A stretch of DNA of 64,000 bases, from positions 13,454,001 through 13,518,000 of the forward strand of contig JBHGNT010000006.1 of NCBI GenBank assembly GCA_043228905.1, written 5' to 3'. This DNA is from Azolla caroliniana. Taxonomy: Eukaryota; Plantae; Polypodiophyta. A program made the position numbers and the translations under genes. Below are positions 24,237 through 38,176 of this stretch, piece by piece (positions within the stretch are counted from its first letter, which is position 1; each line of letters opens with the position of its first letter). Under the pieces are notes generated by a model, which worked only from the letters and a program-made list of their open reading frames with translations, made no database searches and was not told where the DNA came from.

Positions 24237-26465
24237 TGTTGGGAAACTAGTCCCTCCGGATGAGAACCGGATGAGCCGAAGCAAGGAGCTGGATCGGATG
24301 GACCTAGAAGGGGTTCGGCCGGATCCAATGTGAACCATGGGAAGGGACATATTGGTAAATATGTTCCTATGTGCCATTGAGGCCATATTTGTAAATAGCC
24401 CCAAAGTTATATAAGTATAAATATAACTAGGGCAATATTGTTGAGTGATAGAGTTGTGATCATTCTTATTGTTGTATAGAGAGAGAGAGAGAGGATAGGC
24501 ATCATGTTTGAGAACAAGAATCTCGTAAATCGATTCTTGGTCTTTTGGAAGCTAGTGAGACTCAGATATCAAGACGGCTCCAGTATGGCAGAGCACATGA
24601 ATGCCTTCTAGGGGTTTATAAATCAGACAACCTCATTGGAGGTATCTCTAGCCGACGAGGTACTCACGTTGTTGCTGCTTGGTTCCCTCCCGGATAACTA
24701 GGAGACATCTATCCCTAGAAAGAGTAAAATCAAGCTTGCTAGATGAAGAGGCTCGTCGGAAAGACAGGGAAGTGATCTCCGACTCAAAAGCCCTAGTTAT
24801 TGAAACCGACACACAATGAGGGAGAGGCCAGAATTGGAGTCCCCAGAACCGAGAAAAGTTGGAGACGAGGTCAAAGTTAAGGGGGAGGCCCACGTGCTTT
24901 TATTGTGGGAAACCGGGGCACTTCCAGAAGAACTGCAGACACTTCCGGAAGGAGAAAGGGGGAGCCGACAATGCCGACTCGAAGAAGGGTCCAAACCGGA
25001 AGAGTTCGGATCGAAAAGGAACGTTGGCGATCACGACAAGCGAAGAAGAACTGCTGCTCATCACCGAGGAGAGCGAGCTACATCTTGTCAACAACGAAAC
25101 GACGTGTGTGATCGACTCCGGAGCGTCATTCCATCTAACCCCCGACTGGAAGTACTTCGCATCCTATAGAGCCAGAGATCACCGTTGTGTGAGCATGGGG
25201 AATGAAAGTGCATGTCGAATTGTCGGCATAGGAGACCTGAACCGAGTGCAAGTTACTATTGAAAGATGTCTAACACATTCTAGAGGTTCGATTAAACCTG
25301 ATATCAGTCGGTCGGCTGGATGATGAAGGCTACACGAGTAGCACCCAGAACAGAGTCATGAAGTTCAGCAAAGGAAGCCTGATCGTGGCTCGAGCCTGGA
25401 AGATCAACGCATTGTACCTTATGCATGCCCAGATTTTCCGAGAGGAAGTAAACATTGTATCTAACATTGCCGGCGAGTTGTGGCACAAGAGGTTGTGTCA
25501 CATGAGCTAGAAAGGTGAAATATGTGCAGCTTGAGAGGTGCACCGATTGTTTGGCCGACAAGCTGAACCGAACCTCTTTCCAGTCATGACCATCGACAAG
25601 ACAGAAAGAACCACTAGAGCTTGTGCATACCGATGTATTCCAAGTGGACAGGAAGTCACATCCTGGGTCGCATTACTTCGTGACGTTCATAGATGACCAC
25701 AACCAGAAGTTGTGGGTCTCGCCGTTGAAGACGAAGGATTAGGTGCTGACCGTCTTCAGGAAGTTCCATGCAAGAGTGGAAAGAGAAACCCGCTAGAAGT
25801 TGACGGCAGTTTGAGCCAACAATAGTGGAGAATATTGTCGGTCAAAAGGATTCTGACTCAAATTTACTGTGCCGAAGACGTCGGAGCTGAACGAATTGGC
25901 TGAAAGGATGAACTGGATTGTGATGGAGAGAGTTTGGAGCATGTTGGCACATGCTAAGCTACCCAAGACGTTTTAGGCTGAAGCCCTAATGACAATGACG
26001 TATGTGATAAACAAATCACCCTCAACACCCTTGGACAGAGACACGCCACAAAGAGTATGGACCGGTAAAGATGTATGTTGCTGGCACTTGAAGGTGTTTG
26101 GCTGTCTCGCCTACATACATGTACCAAAGGACAAGAGAGCAAAATTGGATCCGAAGTCCTGGCCATGCATATTCCTTGGGTACGGCGATGATGAGTTTGG
26201 CTACCGAGTGCGGGACTTGGTCGACAAGAAGGTTTTTCGGAGTCGAAACATAGTCTTCATGGAAGACAAGACAATTGTCGATTGGGAGTCTGAGAAGAAG
26301 ATAGTGGATTCCAGTTCGACTGATAAAGATCAGTTGGAAGATGCCAGTCGGAAGCCGGATGTCAGCTGAAGACCATGATGAACTGATTGGATTGGGACGA
26401 GGAACCAAACCGACCGAAGAAGATTTGGAACCCGGAGCCGGAAGACCCCGAATCGGATTTGGATA
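24237..26465 (+). mobile_element. Truncated Ty1/copia (partial LTR fused by deletion to gag-PR-IN remnants), same group as 26664-31958 but in opposite orientation
   Basis: Starts TGTTGGGAAAC; CFYCGKPGHFQKNC; IDSGASFH; KVFGCLAYIHVPK..KLDPKS. Confidence 0.85.
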
Positions 26466-26663
26466 GTAAGTTGAAAATATGAATAAAATGAGAACCCGAA
26501 GGCCTAGTAGGATTTTCATGCATACCAACGGGTGCAAGGTTCGAAACTTGCACCTCCAAGTTAAGACACAATTGACTTACCATTAGGCTAAGTTGTTACT
26601 TATTGCACTTTTAAGATTATATTTTTCACATGTAAATGCTTCTACATGAGAGCTTGAATGATT

Positions 26664-29600
26664 TGAAGAGAAATGCACGGAATATCACTCGGCCACAATC
26701 GAGTAGTAAATCACTTCTATAAGAATCAAAAACAGAAATGGGAAGTGGAAAGTACACAAGAAAATGACACAAGATGTTTACGTGGAAAACCCTAATAGGG
26801 AAAAACCACGGGAGCCCACAGACTCCAAACTATCACTATGAAGAGAAGGGGTACGATCAGAGACTCGGAGGCAACGACCTCGAGCTCTATTTCTTCGCAC
26901 AGTGGCGATTACAACAGAGTATCACTCTGTATCTCTCTCTCTCCCTCTCTCTTTGTACAACAGTTACAACAATATGACAACAACACAATCACACACAAAT
27001 GTGATTGCCCTAAGTCATATTTATAGTTATATGAACTTAGGGCTATTTACAAATATAGCCTCAATGAGCTTATTCAAGACATATTTACAAATTTGTCTTC
27101 TCTTCCGGTTCTCACCGGGTCCACTGATCCGATTTCTTGATTTCTACCGGTTCTCACCGGGTCTCCTCCGGTTTCCGGATCTCTTCCAATTCTCACCGGG
27201 TCGTCTTTATTCATCACCAGATCCCATCTGAAGAGACCGATTTCCCAACAATCTCTCTCTTCACTCCGGTATGGGATGTCTTGTAACTCCGATCCATTTC
27301 TGGCATGCGTCCAGCTTGTCGGGTGTCAGCACCCTGGTGAGCATATCCGACCCGTTCCCCTCCATGTGGATCTTCGTCAGCACGAACTCTCGATCTTCAA
27401 CTCGCTCCCGGATCCAGTGGTACCTACGTTGGATGTGCTTCGTTCTGGAATGGTATGTCGCATTCTTTGCAAGGTGAATGGCACTTTGACTATCGCAGTA
27501 GAGCCGGTATTCCTCTTGTCGGCTCCCTAGCTCTCCGATGAAGTCCTTCATCCATAATATTTCCTTGTCGGCTTCCACGGCTGCCATGTACTCCGCCTCC
27601 GTGGTTGACAATGCAACCGTCTTCTGTAGCCTCGACTGCCACGAAACGGCTCCCCCTGCATAGGTCATGACATATCCGGAAGTTGATCGGCTGGTGTCCA
27701 CATCAGCCGACATATTCGAATCGGTAAAGCCTTCCATGAGGGGTTTACCGGAGCCAAATCGGAGGCACATACTCGAGGTGCCCTTCAAGTACCGGAGTAT
27801 CCATTTTACCGCATTCCAGTGCTCTTTTCCGGGGTTGGTCATGAACTGACTCACCACTCCGAATGCATATCCAATATCCAGTCGAGTACACACCATTGTG
27901 TACATCAAGCTCCCGACCGCAGAGGCATATGGAATCTTCATCATATCCGCCTTCTCTGCCTTTGTCTTCGGGCTTTGCTTACTGGATAATCTGCAGTTTG
28001 TCGGGAGTGTCGATCCGACTGGTTTTGCTTCTAACATGTTAAACCGCCGAAGCACCTTTGTCACACACTTTTCCTGTGACAGCCACAATTGCTTCTTCAA
28101 CCGGTCCCGGAGGATGTGCATCCCGAGTATCTATCTTGCCGGACCCAAGTCTTTCATTGAGAAGGTCCAGTTAAGGGCCTTCTTAAGCATCCGTATCTTG
28201 ACTTGGTCTCGTTCGACAATCAACATGTCGTCCACGTACAGGAGCAATATCAGGAGATCTCCTCCATCAAATTTCTTCACAAACACGCAGTGATCGGCCT
28301 ACGTCTTGTGGTACCCTTCATCGGTCATGAAGGAGTCAAACTTCTGGTACCATTGCTGAGGAGCTTGCTTCAGTCCGTATAAGCTCTTCTTCAGCCAGCA
28401 CATCAGGTGCTCCTCCCCTTTCTTCTCAAATCCTTCCGTGTTGATGCATGTTGATCTCTTCTTTGAGGTCTCCGTGTAGGAATGTCGTCTTGACGTCCAG
28501 TTGCTCTACCTCGAGGTCCATGCTTGCCGCTTTGCCCAATACCATCCAGATGGATGTCATCTTTACTACTGGGGCAAAGATCTCATCGAAGTCCACTCCT
28601 TTCTTTTGCTGGAACCCCTTCACCATGATTCGGGCCTTATACCTTGGTGGATTTCCGGCGTCTCCCGGTTTTAGCTCGTACACCCACTGGTTCCGGAGTG
28701 CCCTCTTTCCTTTCGGCAACTCCACCAATTTGTATGTGTGGTTCTCATGCAGGGAATCCATCTCCTCCTGCATGGCACTCAACCACTTGTGGCTGTGGGT
28801 GTCTCCCCTTGCTTCTTCAAAGCTTTCTGGCTCCCCCTCATCAGTTAGCAACACATGCTCTGCATCCAAAAATCTTCGGGGGGCTCTTCTCTCCCGGAGA
28901 GGATATCTCTGTCCTGGGTTTTTGACTGCCAGTTCCTCCATTTGTTCCTCATCCTCATCCGATTTGGGATCTTGTCCGGTTTCGGTGTCTTCTTCTTTGG
29001 TCGGTTCGGTTTCCTATCCGTATCCGGCCGGTTCGTCGAGTGTCATCCGGTTACCGGTTAACATCCAGTTTTCAACTGGGTATATCCTTTTGTCCTCAAG
29101 CCGGTTTTCAATGGATGATCTGGAGTTCGTTACCTTCTTCTTCAACTCCCAGTTGGCAATGGTCTTGTCTTCCATGAAGACTATGTCCCAACTCCAGAAA
29201 ACCTTTTTGTCGACCAGATCCCACACCCTATAACTGAACTCATCATTGCCGTATCCAAGGAATATGCATGGTCGGGACTTCGGATCCAGCTTTTCTCTCT
29301 TGTCCTTTGCCACATGCACGTATGCGAGACACCCGAACACCTTGAGATGCCGGTCAGACACATCCTTACCGGTCCATACTTTCTGCGGTGAGTCTCCGTC
29401 CAAGGGTACTAAGGGTGATCTGTTTATCACATAGGTCGTTGCCGTCAGTGCCTCAGCTCAAAACGTCTTGGGTAACTTGGCATGTGCGAGCATGCTTCGG
29501 ACTCTCTCCATTATGGTCCGGTTCATCCTTTTGGCCAACTCGTTTAGTTCTGGCGTCTTCGGCACGGTTAATTCGAGCCGGATTCCCTTCGACCGGTAGT

Positions 29601-31958
29601 ACTCCTCGAACTGCCCCCGGTATTCTCCTCCGTTATATGCTCGAACCGCTTTTAGCTTTTGGCTGGTTTCTCTTTCCACTCTCACGTGGAGCACCTTGAA
29701 GACGGATAGCACTTGATCCTTCGTCTTCAACGGTGAGACCCACAACTTCCGGTTGTGGTCATCTATGAACGTCACGAAGTAATGCGATCCAGCATGTGAC
29801 TTCGTGTCTCCTTGACACACATCGGTATGCACCAACTCCAGTGGTGCATTCTGTCTCATCGGTGGTCTTGACCGGAAGGAGGTGCGGTTTTGCTTGCCAG
29901 CCAGGCAGTTGGTGCACTTCTCATGTTGCACGTCCTTCACCGGAATGAGGTTGTCTTCGGCAAACCTCTTCATCCCCTTCTCACTCATGTGACATAGTCT
30001 TTTGTGCCACAGCTCACCAGGAGTGTCAGATGCTACGTTCACTTCTTCCCGGCATATCCGGGCATTCATCAAGTACAGTGTGTTAACCTTCTAGGCTCAA
30101 GCCACTATTAAGCTCCCTTTGCAGAACTTCATGACACTGTTTTGGATGCTACCTGTGTAGCCTTCATCATCTAGCCGACCGGCTGATATAAGGTTCAGTT
30201 GAACCTCGGGAACGTGTCAGACATCCTTCAGCAGCAATTTGCATCCGGTTGAAGTCGTCAACAACACATCTCCTATGCTGATAATTCGGCATGTCCCTTC
30301 ATTCCCCATCCGAACACAGCCGTGCTCACCGGTTGTGTAGGATGAGAAGCATTTCTTGTTCGGGCTAAGGTGGAACGACGCTCCGGAATCGATAACCCAC
30401 GTTGTCTCGTCGATGGCAAGGTTCAACTCACTCTCCTCGGTGATGAGCATTAGTTCTTCTTCACTTGCCGTGATCGTCGTTGTTCCCTTTTGGTACGGGC
30501 CTCATCAATCAAAACTGTTTCAGTCTGATGACTTTTTCGAATCGGTACTGTCGGTTCCATTGTCTTTTCGGAAATGCCGACTGTTCTTTTGGAAGTGCCC
30601 CGACTTGCCGCAATAGAAGCAACTGTGCCTCCCCCTTGACTTTGAACGTGTCCTGACTTTTCCCGGTTCTGGGGACTCCGATTCCTTTGTCTTCCGCGTT
30701 CTAATTCGGTAAGAAGGGTTTTGGAGTCGGAGATCACCTCCTTGTCTTTCCGACACGCCTCCTCATCTAGCAAGCTCGACTTGACTCTTGTTAGGGATAG
30801 TTGTTTTCCTTCTGGCCCGGCATTGCCCAACGTGACAACTAACGTCTCCCAGCTATCCGGGAGGGAACCGAGTAGGAGCAGAGCAAGTACCTCATCGGCG
30901 AGAGGTACTTCCAACGAGGTTGCTTGGTGTATCAACCCCTGGAAGGCATTCATGTGCTCCACCATACTGGAGCCGTCTTGGTACCGGAGCCTCACTAGCT
31001 TCCGAAATACCGAAATACCGAAACCCGATTAACAACATTCTTGTTCTGGAACATGATGTCGATCTTCTCCCAGAGTTCATGATCGTTGCTCTCTTCATTG
31101 AAGTTGTTGTACAGGCTCGTGTCGATGAAGCACCGTATGTATGTCGTCTTCTTCATGTGCATCACCTCCCACACTGTGGCGTCGATCTTATCCGGTCTCT
31201 TGTCCCCGAATTGAACCGGTAACCAAAGATCTTTAACCACCAGCATGTCCCTCATCTTCAACTTCCACATTGAGTAGTTGGAGTCGGTGAGCTTGAACAT
31301 GCCGTTGTAAGATTCTTCCATTTTTTGTGTTGTTCGCTCTGATACCATTTTGAAGAGAAATGCACAGAATATTGCTCGGCCACAACCGAGTAGTAAATCA
31401 GTTCTATAAGACTCAAACACAGAAATGGGAAGTGGAGAGTACACAAGAAAATGACACAGGATGTTTACGTGGAAAACCCTAATAGGGAAAAACCAAGGGA
31501 TCCTACAGACTCCGAACTATCACTATGAAGAGAAGGGGTACAATTAGAGACTCGGAGGCAATGACCTCGAGCTCTATTTCTTCGCACAGTGGCGGTTATG
31601 ATAGAGTATCTCTCTGTATCTCTCTCTCTCCCTCTCTTTTTGTACAACAATTACAGCAATATGACAACAACACACTCATACACAAAAAGTGATTGCCCTA
31701 AGTCATACTTATAGTTATATGGACTTAGGGCTATTTACAAATATAGCCTCAATGGGCTTATTCAAGACATATTTACAAATCTGTCTTCTCTTCCGGTTCT
31801 CACCGGGTTCACTGATTCCGTTTCCGGATCTCTTCCAGTTCTCACCTGCCTCTTCTGGTTCTCCCCGGGTCCCCTCTGGTTTCCATATCTCTTCCAGTTC
31901 TCACCGGGTCCTCTTTATTCATCACCGGATCCCATCCGGAGAGACCAATTTCCCAACA
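26664..31958 (-). mobile_element. Full-length but degenerate Ty1/copia (Tnt1/Tork-like)
   Basis: LTRs 26664-27250 and 31351-31958; TSD TGATT/TGAGT; PBS TGGTATCAGAGC (tRNA-iMet, ~31336-31347); PPT at 27251-27260; order gag-PR-IN-RT-RH. Confidence 0.95.
27261..31321 (-). pseudogene. Copia gag-pol polyprotein with multiple stops and frameshifts
   Basis: WVIDSGAS; LWHKRLCH; ELVHTDV; YVDDML; ALSTTEAEY; HSRTKHI. Confidence 0.93.
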
Positions 31959-32701
31959 TGAGTGACATGGTCATCATGCATAACATGCAATGCATGAGCA
32001 CCAAATGGAAATCATGCATTGCATGCATCTCATGCCTTGTATGCATGTCTTACACCCTCACATGCATCATATGCATGGGGGCATCTATATAAGAAAGGAA
32101 GGAAGGGAAAAGGGGGGGGATCAATCTTGGCATCAATCAAGCTATTTATTGAATCAACATCTAAATATTAAAGCACCTACTTATCTTATTGGTGACTTGT
32201 CTTGTTTCTCAACATTGATGTCAAGGGTTCAAACCTAGAATTGGAGTTTCCATCCATCTATCCATCTATCTTAAACACTTCCTCAATTCCCGTCTCTCTC
32301 TCTCTCACACACACAACCAAATTAGTGCGTCACTTCGGCTACCACAATTTCATTTCGTGTGGTCATTCACTCTATCTGTGGAATTCTCATCAAGAAGGAA
32401 ATAGCACCGGCAAAGATCATTTCGTCGTCGTCATCGCCCGGTAAACGTTGCACACCACCACATTACCGCCACCTACACATCAATTCTAGTTCGGATGCGT
32501 CCTTGACAACAAAGAACAACCTGACAATAAACCTAAAACGGCTAATTCCTCTCCTCCATAACCACTAGTGGATAGAGGCCTGGTGCTTGTCCGCGCCTGT
32601 GTGACACTCACATCGCGATGTTTGGCACGTGGGTCACATGCCACGTGACAACGCATCCACGCGAAGAACCACGACATCTTTGGTGAACCCGACGTGAAAA
32701 G

Positions 32702-33445
32702 TGACGGGAACTACACACTCCGATGAATGACGCTCGGCCACAACCGAGTCTAAAATCAAACACAGAAAACAGGTAAGAATGCACGACACAGTGAAGAGAA
32801 GAGTACACAGAATGTTTACGTGGAAAAAACCCAAACTAGGGAAAAAACCACGGAAGCCCACAGGCTGCAAACTATCACTATGTTACAGTGTGCAACAGTG
32901 AAGCACCGAGGCAACAACCTCGAGCTTTCTATCTTCGCCACAGGCGGCGGTTACAACGGAGGCAACGACCTCTTCCTCTCTCTCTCTCTCTCTCTGTACA
33001 CAGTTATGCACTATGATCTCACGCAGACAAGAATAACGACACACATATAAAAGTTTGCCCTAAGTCATATTTATACTAATATGACTTTTCGGCTATTTAC
33101 AAATATAGCCACGATGGACTCTCAAAAACATATTTACGAATGTCTGACCCGTTCTCAGCCGTGTGGATCTTCGTCAACGCGAACTCCTGGTCATCTACTC
33201 TTTCTCGGATCCAGTGATACCTTCGCTGAATATGCTTCATCCGGGAATGGTAGGCTGCATTCTTAGCAAGGTGGATGGCACTTTGATTGTCGCAATAGAG
33301 CTGGTATTCATCTTGCTGGATACCGAGCTCTCCGATGAAGTCCTTCATCCATAAGATTTCCTTGCCGCCTTCCACAACCGCCATGTACTCCGCCTCTGTG
33401 GTTGACAACGCAACCGTCCCATCTAGAGGGACCTGTCTCCCAACA
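32702..33445 (-). repeat. Copia solo LTR whose U3 interior is replaced by an RNase H coding fragment
   Basis: Perfect TSD AAAAG; termini match solo LTR 17940-18638; ~33145-33417 encodes STTEAEY...HSRMKHI...KIHTAENGSD. Confidence 0.88.
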
Positions 33446-35795
33446 AAAAGGGGGGTAGAGGAGTCTGAATATGAGAGGAAGCGAACTCGCTGAAGCCATG
33501 GCGGCGGCCATTGACCGCCTGGTGAACGCTCGAGAGAGCACGAGGGCCCTCGACAGAGTCGTTAAATCGATAGTCGTTATGATCTGCCATTTCAATGGCA
33601 AAGATACGACTAGCTACCTGGAAGCCTACCGGGCCGAGATGATGATGAGGGACATCCTGGAGGACAGAAGACTGGCTGAATTCCCTCGAGTCGTTAGGCT
33701 GAGCATCCACGCCAATGTGCTCGAGGTGCGAGCAAACTGTCGTAGTTGGGCAGAATTCGAGGGGCACCTCCTCGAAAGGTATGGTTTTGATGACTCGCTC
33801 CAGTTGTCGAAGAAGGACTTTATGGATCGGGTCGAGAGCCCTAACAAGGAACGGAATACGTCGTCTCTGGTTCGGGAGTTCGAAAAGTGGTTCTCATGAC
33901 TCTCGACACGAGATTGGACCGTGCTCGATATGAGCAAGGTCGTATTGTTTGTGAAGTCGATTGACGTACTCGACTATGAGAAGTTTGGTCTCCTCTTGGA
34001 AACGTATGAAATGCTCACGACCGACTAGGCCGTGGTCAAAAGAGTTTGCGGTTGTTTCGACAAATGACGCAATTGGAACGACGCGGGGTCGTCGACGACC
34101 AGCATGGCTATCGAGAGGAAGCCGAAGGAACAGGTTTTGAAGAGAGCGAACGAAATGAGACGGTGGCTCGAGTCGTAGGACCGTTCGGGGGCACAACTCT
34201 TGAGGATCTGACCAAGATGGTGCGCGATCTCTAGATTGAACAAGCACGAAGGCATGGCGGGGTCAGTCGCGTGACCGGAGGCCGCCATTCAACCAGAGTG
34301 CATGTGGTGCGACGTTATCAACCATGTCTAGAGGGACTGTGTCGATTTCGCTGAGGTGCTTAAGAGTAACATGCTCTACCTTTGGAATGGTCGGGTACAC
34401 ACCAATGATACGTGAAGGGTCCTGGAGGTAAATACTGGTTGCGGTGGAATGAAAAGGGTAATGGAGGAAGCTACGGCATGGCACACCGAAACCATCCACT
34501 ATTCGGCATCCGACGGCATCCGGGTAGGAGTGGATAGGAGTGTTGACTCCGAATTCTGGCCACTGGTGTTGGGAGGCTTGTCACGAGTAAGACTGGGAAA
34601 GGAAGAGGCGTACCTCGCGGAGAAGTGGGTCCAAGAAGTCACCGGGTGGAACGACCTGGTCGAAGAAGAGTCTAGCATCGTGGAGACTGCATGCCAGAAC
34701 TATGAAGTTCTGGTAGAAGACAAATAGGCTGGGAAGAGTGGATGAGTAGGACTGTCGATTCGATACGATACGCATAGTGCCCAAAAGAAGAATGATGAAG
34801 GTCCGACAGGCCCACGGGATGGGATGAAGTTGACAAGCTTCTGGTTGAGCTCGGAGATAGAGAGGGCGACGGACCTGCGGAAGGTCTTGGAGGAGCGGAT
34901 CGTTGATAGCAAAGTAGAGCTATCATTGAGGGAAGTGCTAGGGATCGCAAAGGAGTTCCACGACTCCATCGTGGATTTGGTAAAATGAAAGTGGCTCTTG
35001 ATATAGCCTGAGCCACAGAAGCTCGTAGAGGTGAGAGTAGCACACATCGACGAGGCCACTTCAGAAGACAAGTTCTCGGCCAGCCACTATATGAGGCCAC
35101 ATTGGGCGAGAGTGACAACGAAGACACCGGTTCCAATCAGGAACATGAACAAACTAGTGGTGGCTTTGATCGACCATGGGTCGGAAAGTAACCTGATGTG
35201 CATGGACTTCTACAAGAAAGGTAAATGGACGATCAACACCAAGTACGAGTGGAAAATATGCGCGGCGACCCATGCCACGGAGGAGCTACATGAAAGTCCG
35301 AGTGAAGGTCAGGGATGTCAAGATCGACCCGCACTTCTTCGTGAAGGAGACATCCTCCCATCCAGCCATCCTCGGCGAACCTTACATTACGGTAGCTCGA
35401 ATGGAAACAAAGGTGTTGCACAACAGTTCAGCCTACGTTAGGGTGAAGTGTCAGGATGATTGGCACTCAGTTCAGTTCTTGACAGTCCAGCTGAACCACG
35501 AGCGGAATCGCGAGTCTCTCGGCAATCACGGGCGAGAGGATTTTTAGAGAGGGCTATCAAGGTCTGGGGTCGCGATAGTCCGGATAACCGGAAGAAAATC
35601 CACACCTGTACCATAGGTAGGAGATTTTGGTCATCCATTAATGGCGGTTATTCCATAACTGGCATTAGCGGTTGGGAGAAGAAGCAGATCAAAGGACACT
35701 TGAGGGCATGCGGCACCTTGAGTCCCAGTGACGAGATTGGTGGCACCGTGGAGGCGGTCTCATTCGGCGACACCCGGCTTGGAGAAATTGTGAGA

Positions 35796-36730
35796 GTAGA
35801 CGAAGAGGATCTGTGCGAAGACTAGATGATTCCAGTCAATTTAGTGGAGATGTACGAAGTCATCACGGATTTCAGGAGGATGTTCGGGTCGAATCAGACG
35901 GCCTCAGTTGACACCAAGGACAAGACTATGGACTGGAATGTGAGACCAGTCATGGCTCCCTTGCCAAAGGACAGCTGGGAACGAATGAAATGGGTCGTGA
36001 CAGACCTAAGTTTATGAGATCCGGCCAGCATAGGACACCGGTTCACCGACAAGACACTGCAGAAGCTCAAGATCGGTGGGGGTGGCTTCCTACTGCCTCC
36101 AGACGTCTGGTTTCGGAGGATGCTCGAAAGGCACGGGAAAGCCTTTGCATTCTCGTTCGGGGAGATCGGTTGTGTAGACCTGACTATCATTGAATCGATG
36201 GTGATCTTCACGGTACCGCACGTGTCGTGGAGTCTCAAATCGATTCCAGTGCCGAAGGGGACGAAGGGTAGACGAAGAGGATCTGCGCGAAGACTAGATG
36301 ATTCCAGTCAATTTAGTGGAGATGTACGAAGTCATCACGGATTTCAGGAGGATGTTCGGGTCGAATCAAACGGCCTCAGTTGACACCAAGGACAAGACTA
36401 TGGACTGGAATGTGAGACCAGTCATGGCCCCCTTGCCAAAGGACAGCTGGGAACGAATGAAATGGGTCGTGACAGACCTAAGTTTATGAGATCCGGCCGG
36501 CATAGGACACCGGTTCACCGACAAGACACTGCAGAAGCTCAAGATTGGTGGGGGTGGCTTCCTACTGCCTCCAAATGTCTGGTTTCGGAGGATGCTCGAA
36601 AGGCACGGGAAAGCCTTTGCATTCTCGTTGGGGGAGATCGGTTGTGTAGACCTGACTATCGTTGAATCGATGGTGATCTTCACGGTACCGCACGTGTCGT
36701 GGAGTCTCAAATCGATTCCGGTGCCGAAGG
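35796..36730 (+). repeat. Tandem duplication with a 472-bp period in the PR-RT linker
   Basis: Identical peptides from ORFs 35826-36017 and 36298-36489; few substitutions between the units. Confidence 0.93.
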
Positions 36731-38176
36731 CTCACATCCCAAAGCTGATGGAGTTGCTCAAACAGAAAGTGGAGATGGGCATCCTCGAGCCATCAAGCGC
36801 CCTGTATTCGAATCAGTGGTTTATGGTACCGAAGAACAACAACACATTGCGCTTCATCCAGGACCTGTAGATGGTCAACAAGGTGACCATTCGGAATGTA
36901 GGAATCGGGTCGACGATTGATGAGTTTGCGGAGGCCTTCGCCGGAAGGTCGATCTACTTGGTCAGCGATTTGTACTCGGTACGACCAATTCCAGCTACTC
37001 GTGGAGAGCAGGGATATCACGACGATACGAACCCCTCTTGGTTAGGTTCGGATGTGTATCCTGCTGCAAGGAGGGACCAATTCAGTGGCACACATGGTGA
37101 ATGCAATGAACAAGGTTTTGCGGGACTGCATACCGGACATCACCATGCCATTCTTGGATGATATCCCCATCAGGGGATGTCCAGAGGGAGAGAAGGATGA
37201 ATCGATCGGGCCAGAAGGATTCCAAAAGCTTGTCGCAGACAGATACTGTAGAGGCTTGAGGGCATTCAGCTTACCTTATCTCGGGAGAAGTCGGCTTTCG
37301 GACAATCCAAGATCCTAGTGGTAGCGCACTTGTGCAGACCATATGGATGGAAAACATCTCCGACGAAGGTAGAGGCCACCCCCAGGATAAAGGGGAAATG
37401 CAAGTCGGTCACGGAAGTCCGAAGATTCCTGGGAGTGTGCGTTTTCTACCATGTTTGGATTCCGCACTATGCGCACATCGTAGAACCGCTCTACAAATTG
37501 CTAAAGAAAGGCCGTAAGTTCGAATAGGAGGAAGAGCACACGGAATCGGTCCGGAAGCTAAAGGAGGCATTGTCTGCGGCGTCGGCTCTTCGGAAAGCAG
37601 TCTACAAGCTGGATACTCTAGTTTACGTAACAGTGGATACTCTAGTCTACAAGCCGGGAGGAGTTGTTGGCGGGATGGATCCGTCAACTCGAGCGAAGGT
37701 CGGAGGGCGTAGAAAGAGCAAATAAGAAGTTGCACGCGGCAAGGGAGAAGAACAAGGGCTGATTCAACCAAATCCACCGACTCAGGCCGAAAAAGATCGA
37801 GGAAGGCGACTAGGTGTTGGTCTATGACAACAACTTAGACAACCAACATCGATCGATCCAGAAGTTTGCAAGATGGTGGTTCGGGCCATATGTGGTGACC
37901 AGCATGAACGACAATGCAACCTGCCACCTTGCGAAACTTGACGGGACGAGGATAGCAGCACCTGTCTCGGGAAAGCGGATAAAGGCCTTTAGAAGGCGAT
38001 GCGAGCAAGAACCGGAGCCGGAGATAGAAGAGGGTGAAAGCGCGGACGAGGGTGAGGAGCCGGGAGAGGACCCGATCAGTGACGACCCGGGAAGGAACGC
38101 GTAAAGGCTGAGCTGGAATCCCCACCACTTCACTACTTGGCACATGTTGGAGGATGTGCAATTTGGTTGGGGTGGA

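Noticed and set aside
28448-29233. 261-aa + strand ORF as a separate gene
   Set aside because: Antisense shadow of copia pol with no recognisable motifs. The same applies to 60000-60740 and most short ORFs in the track.
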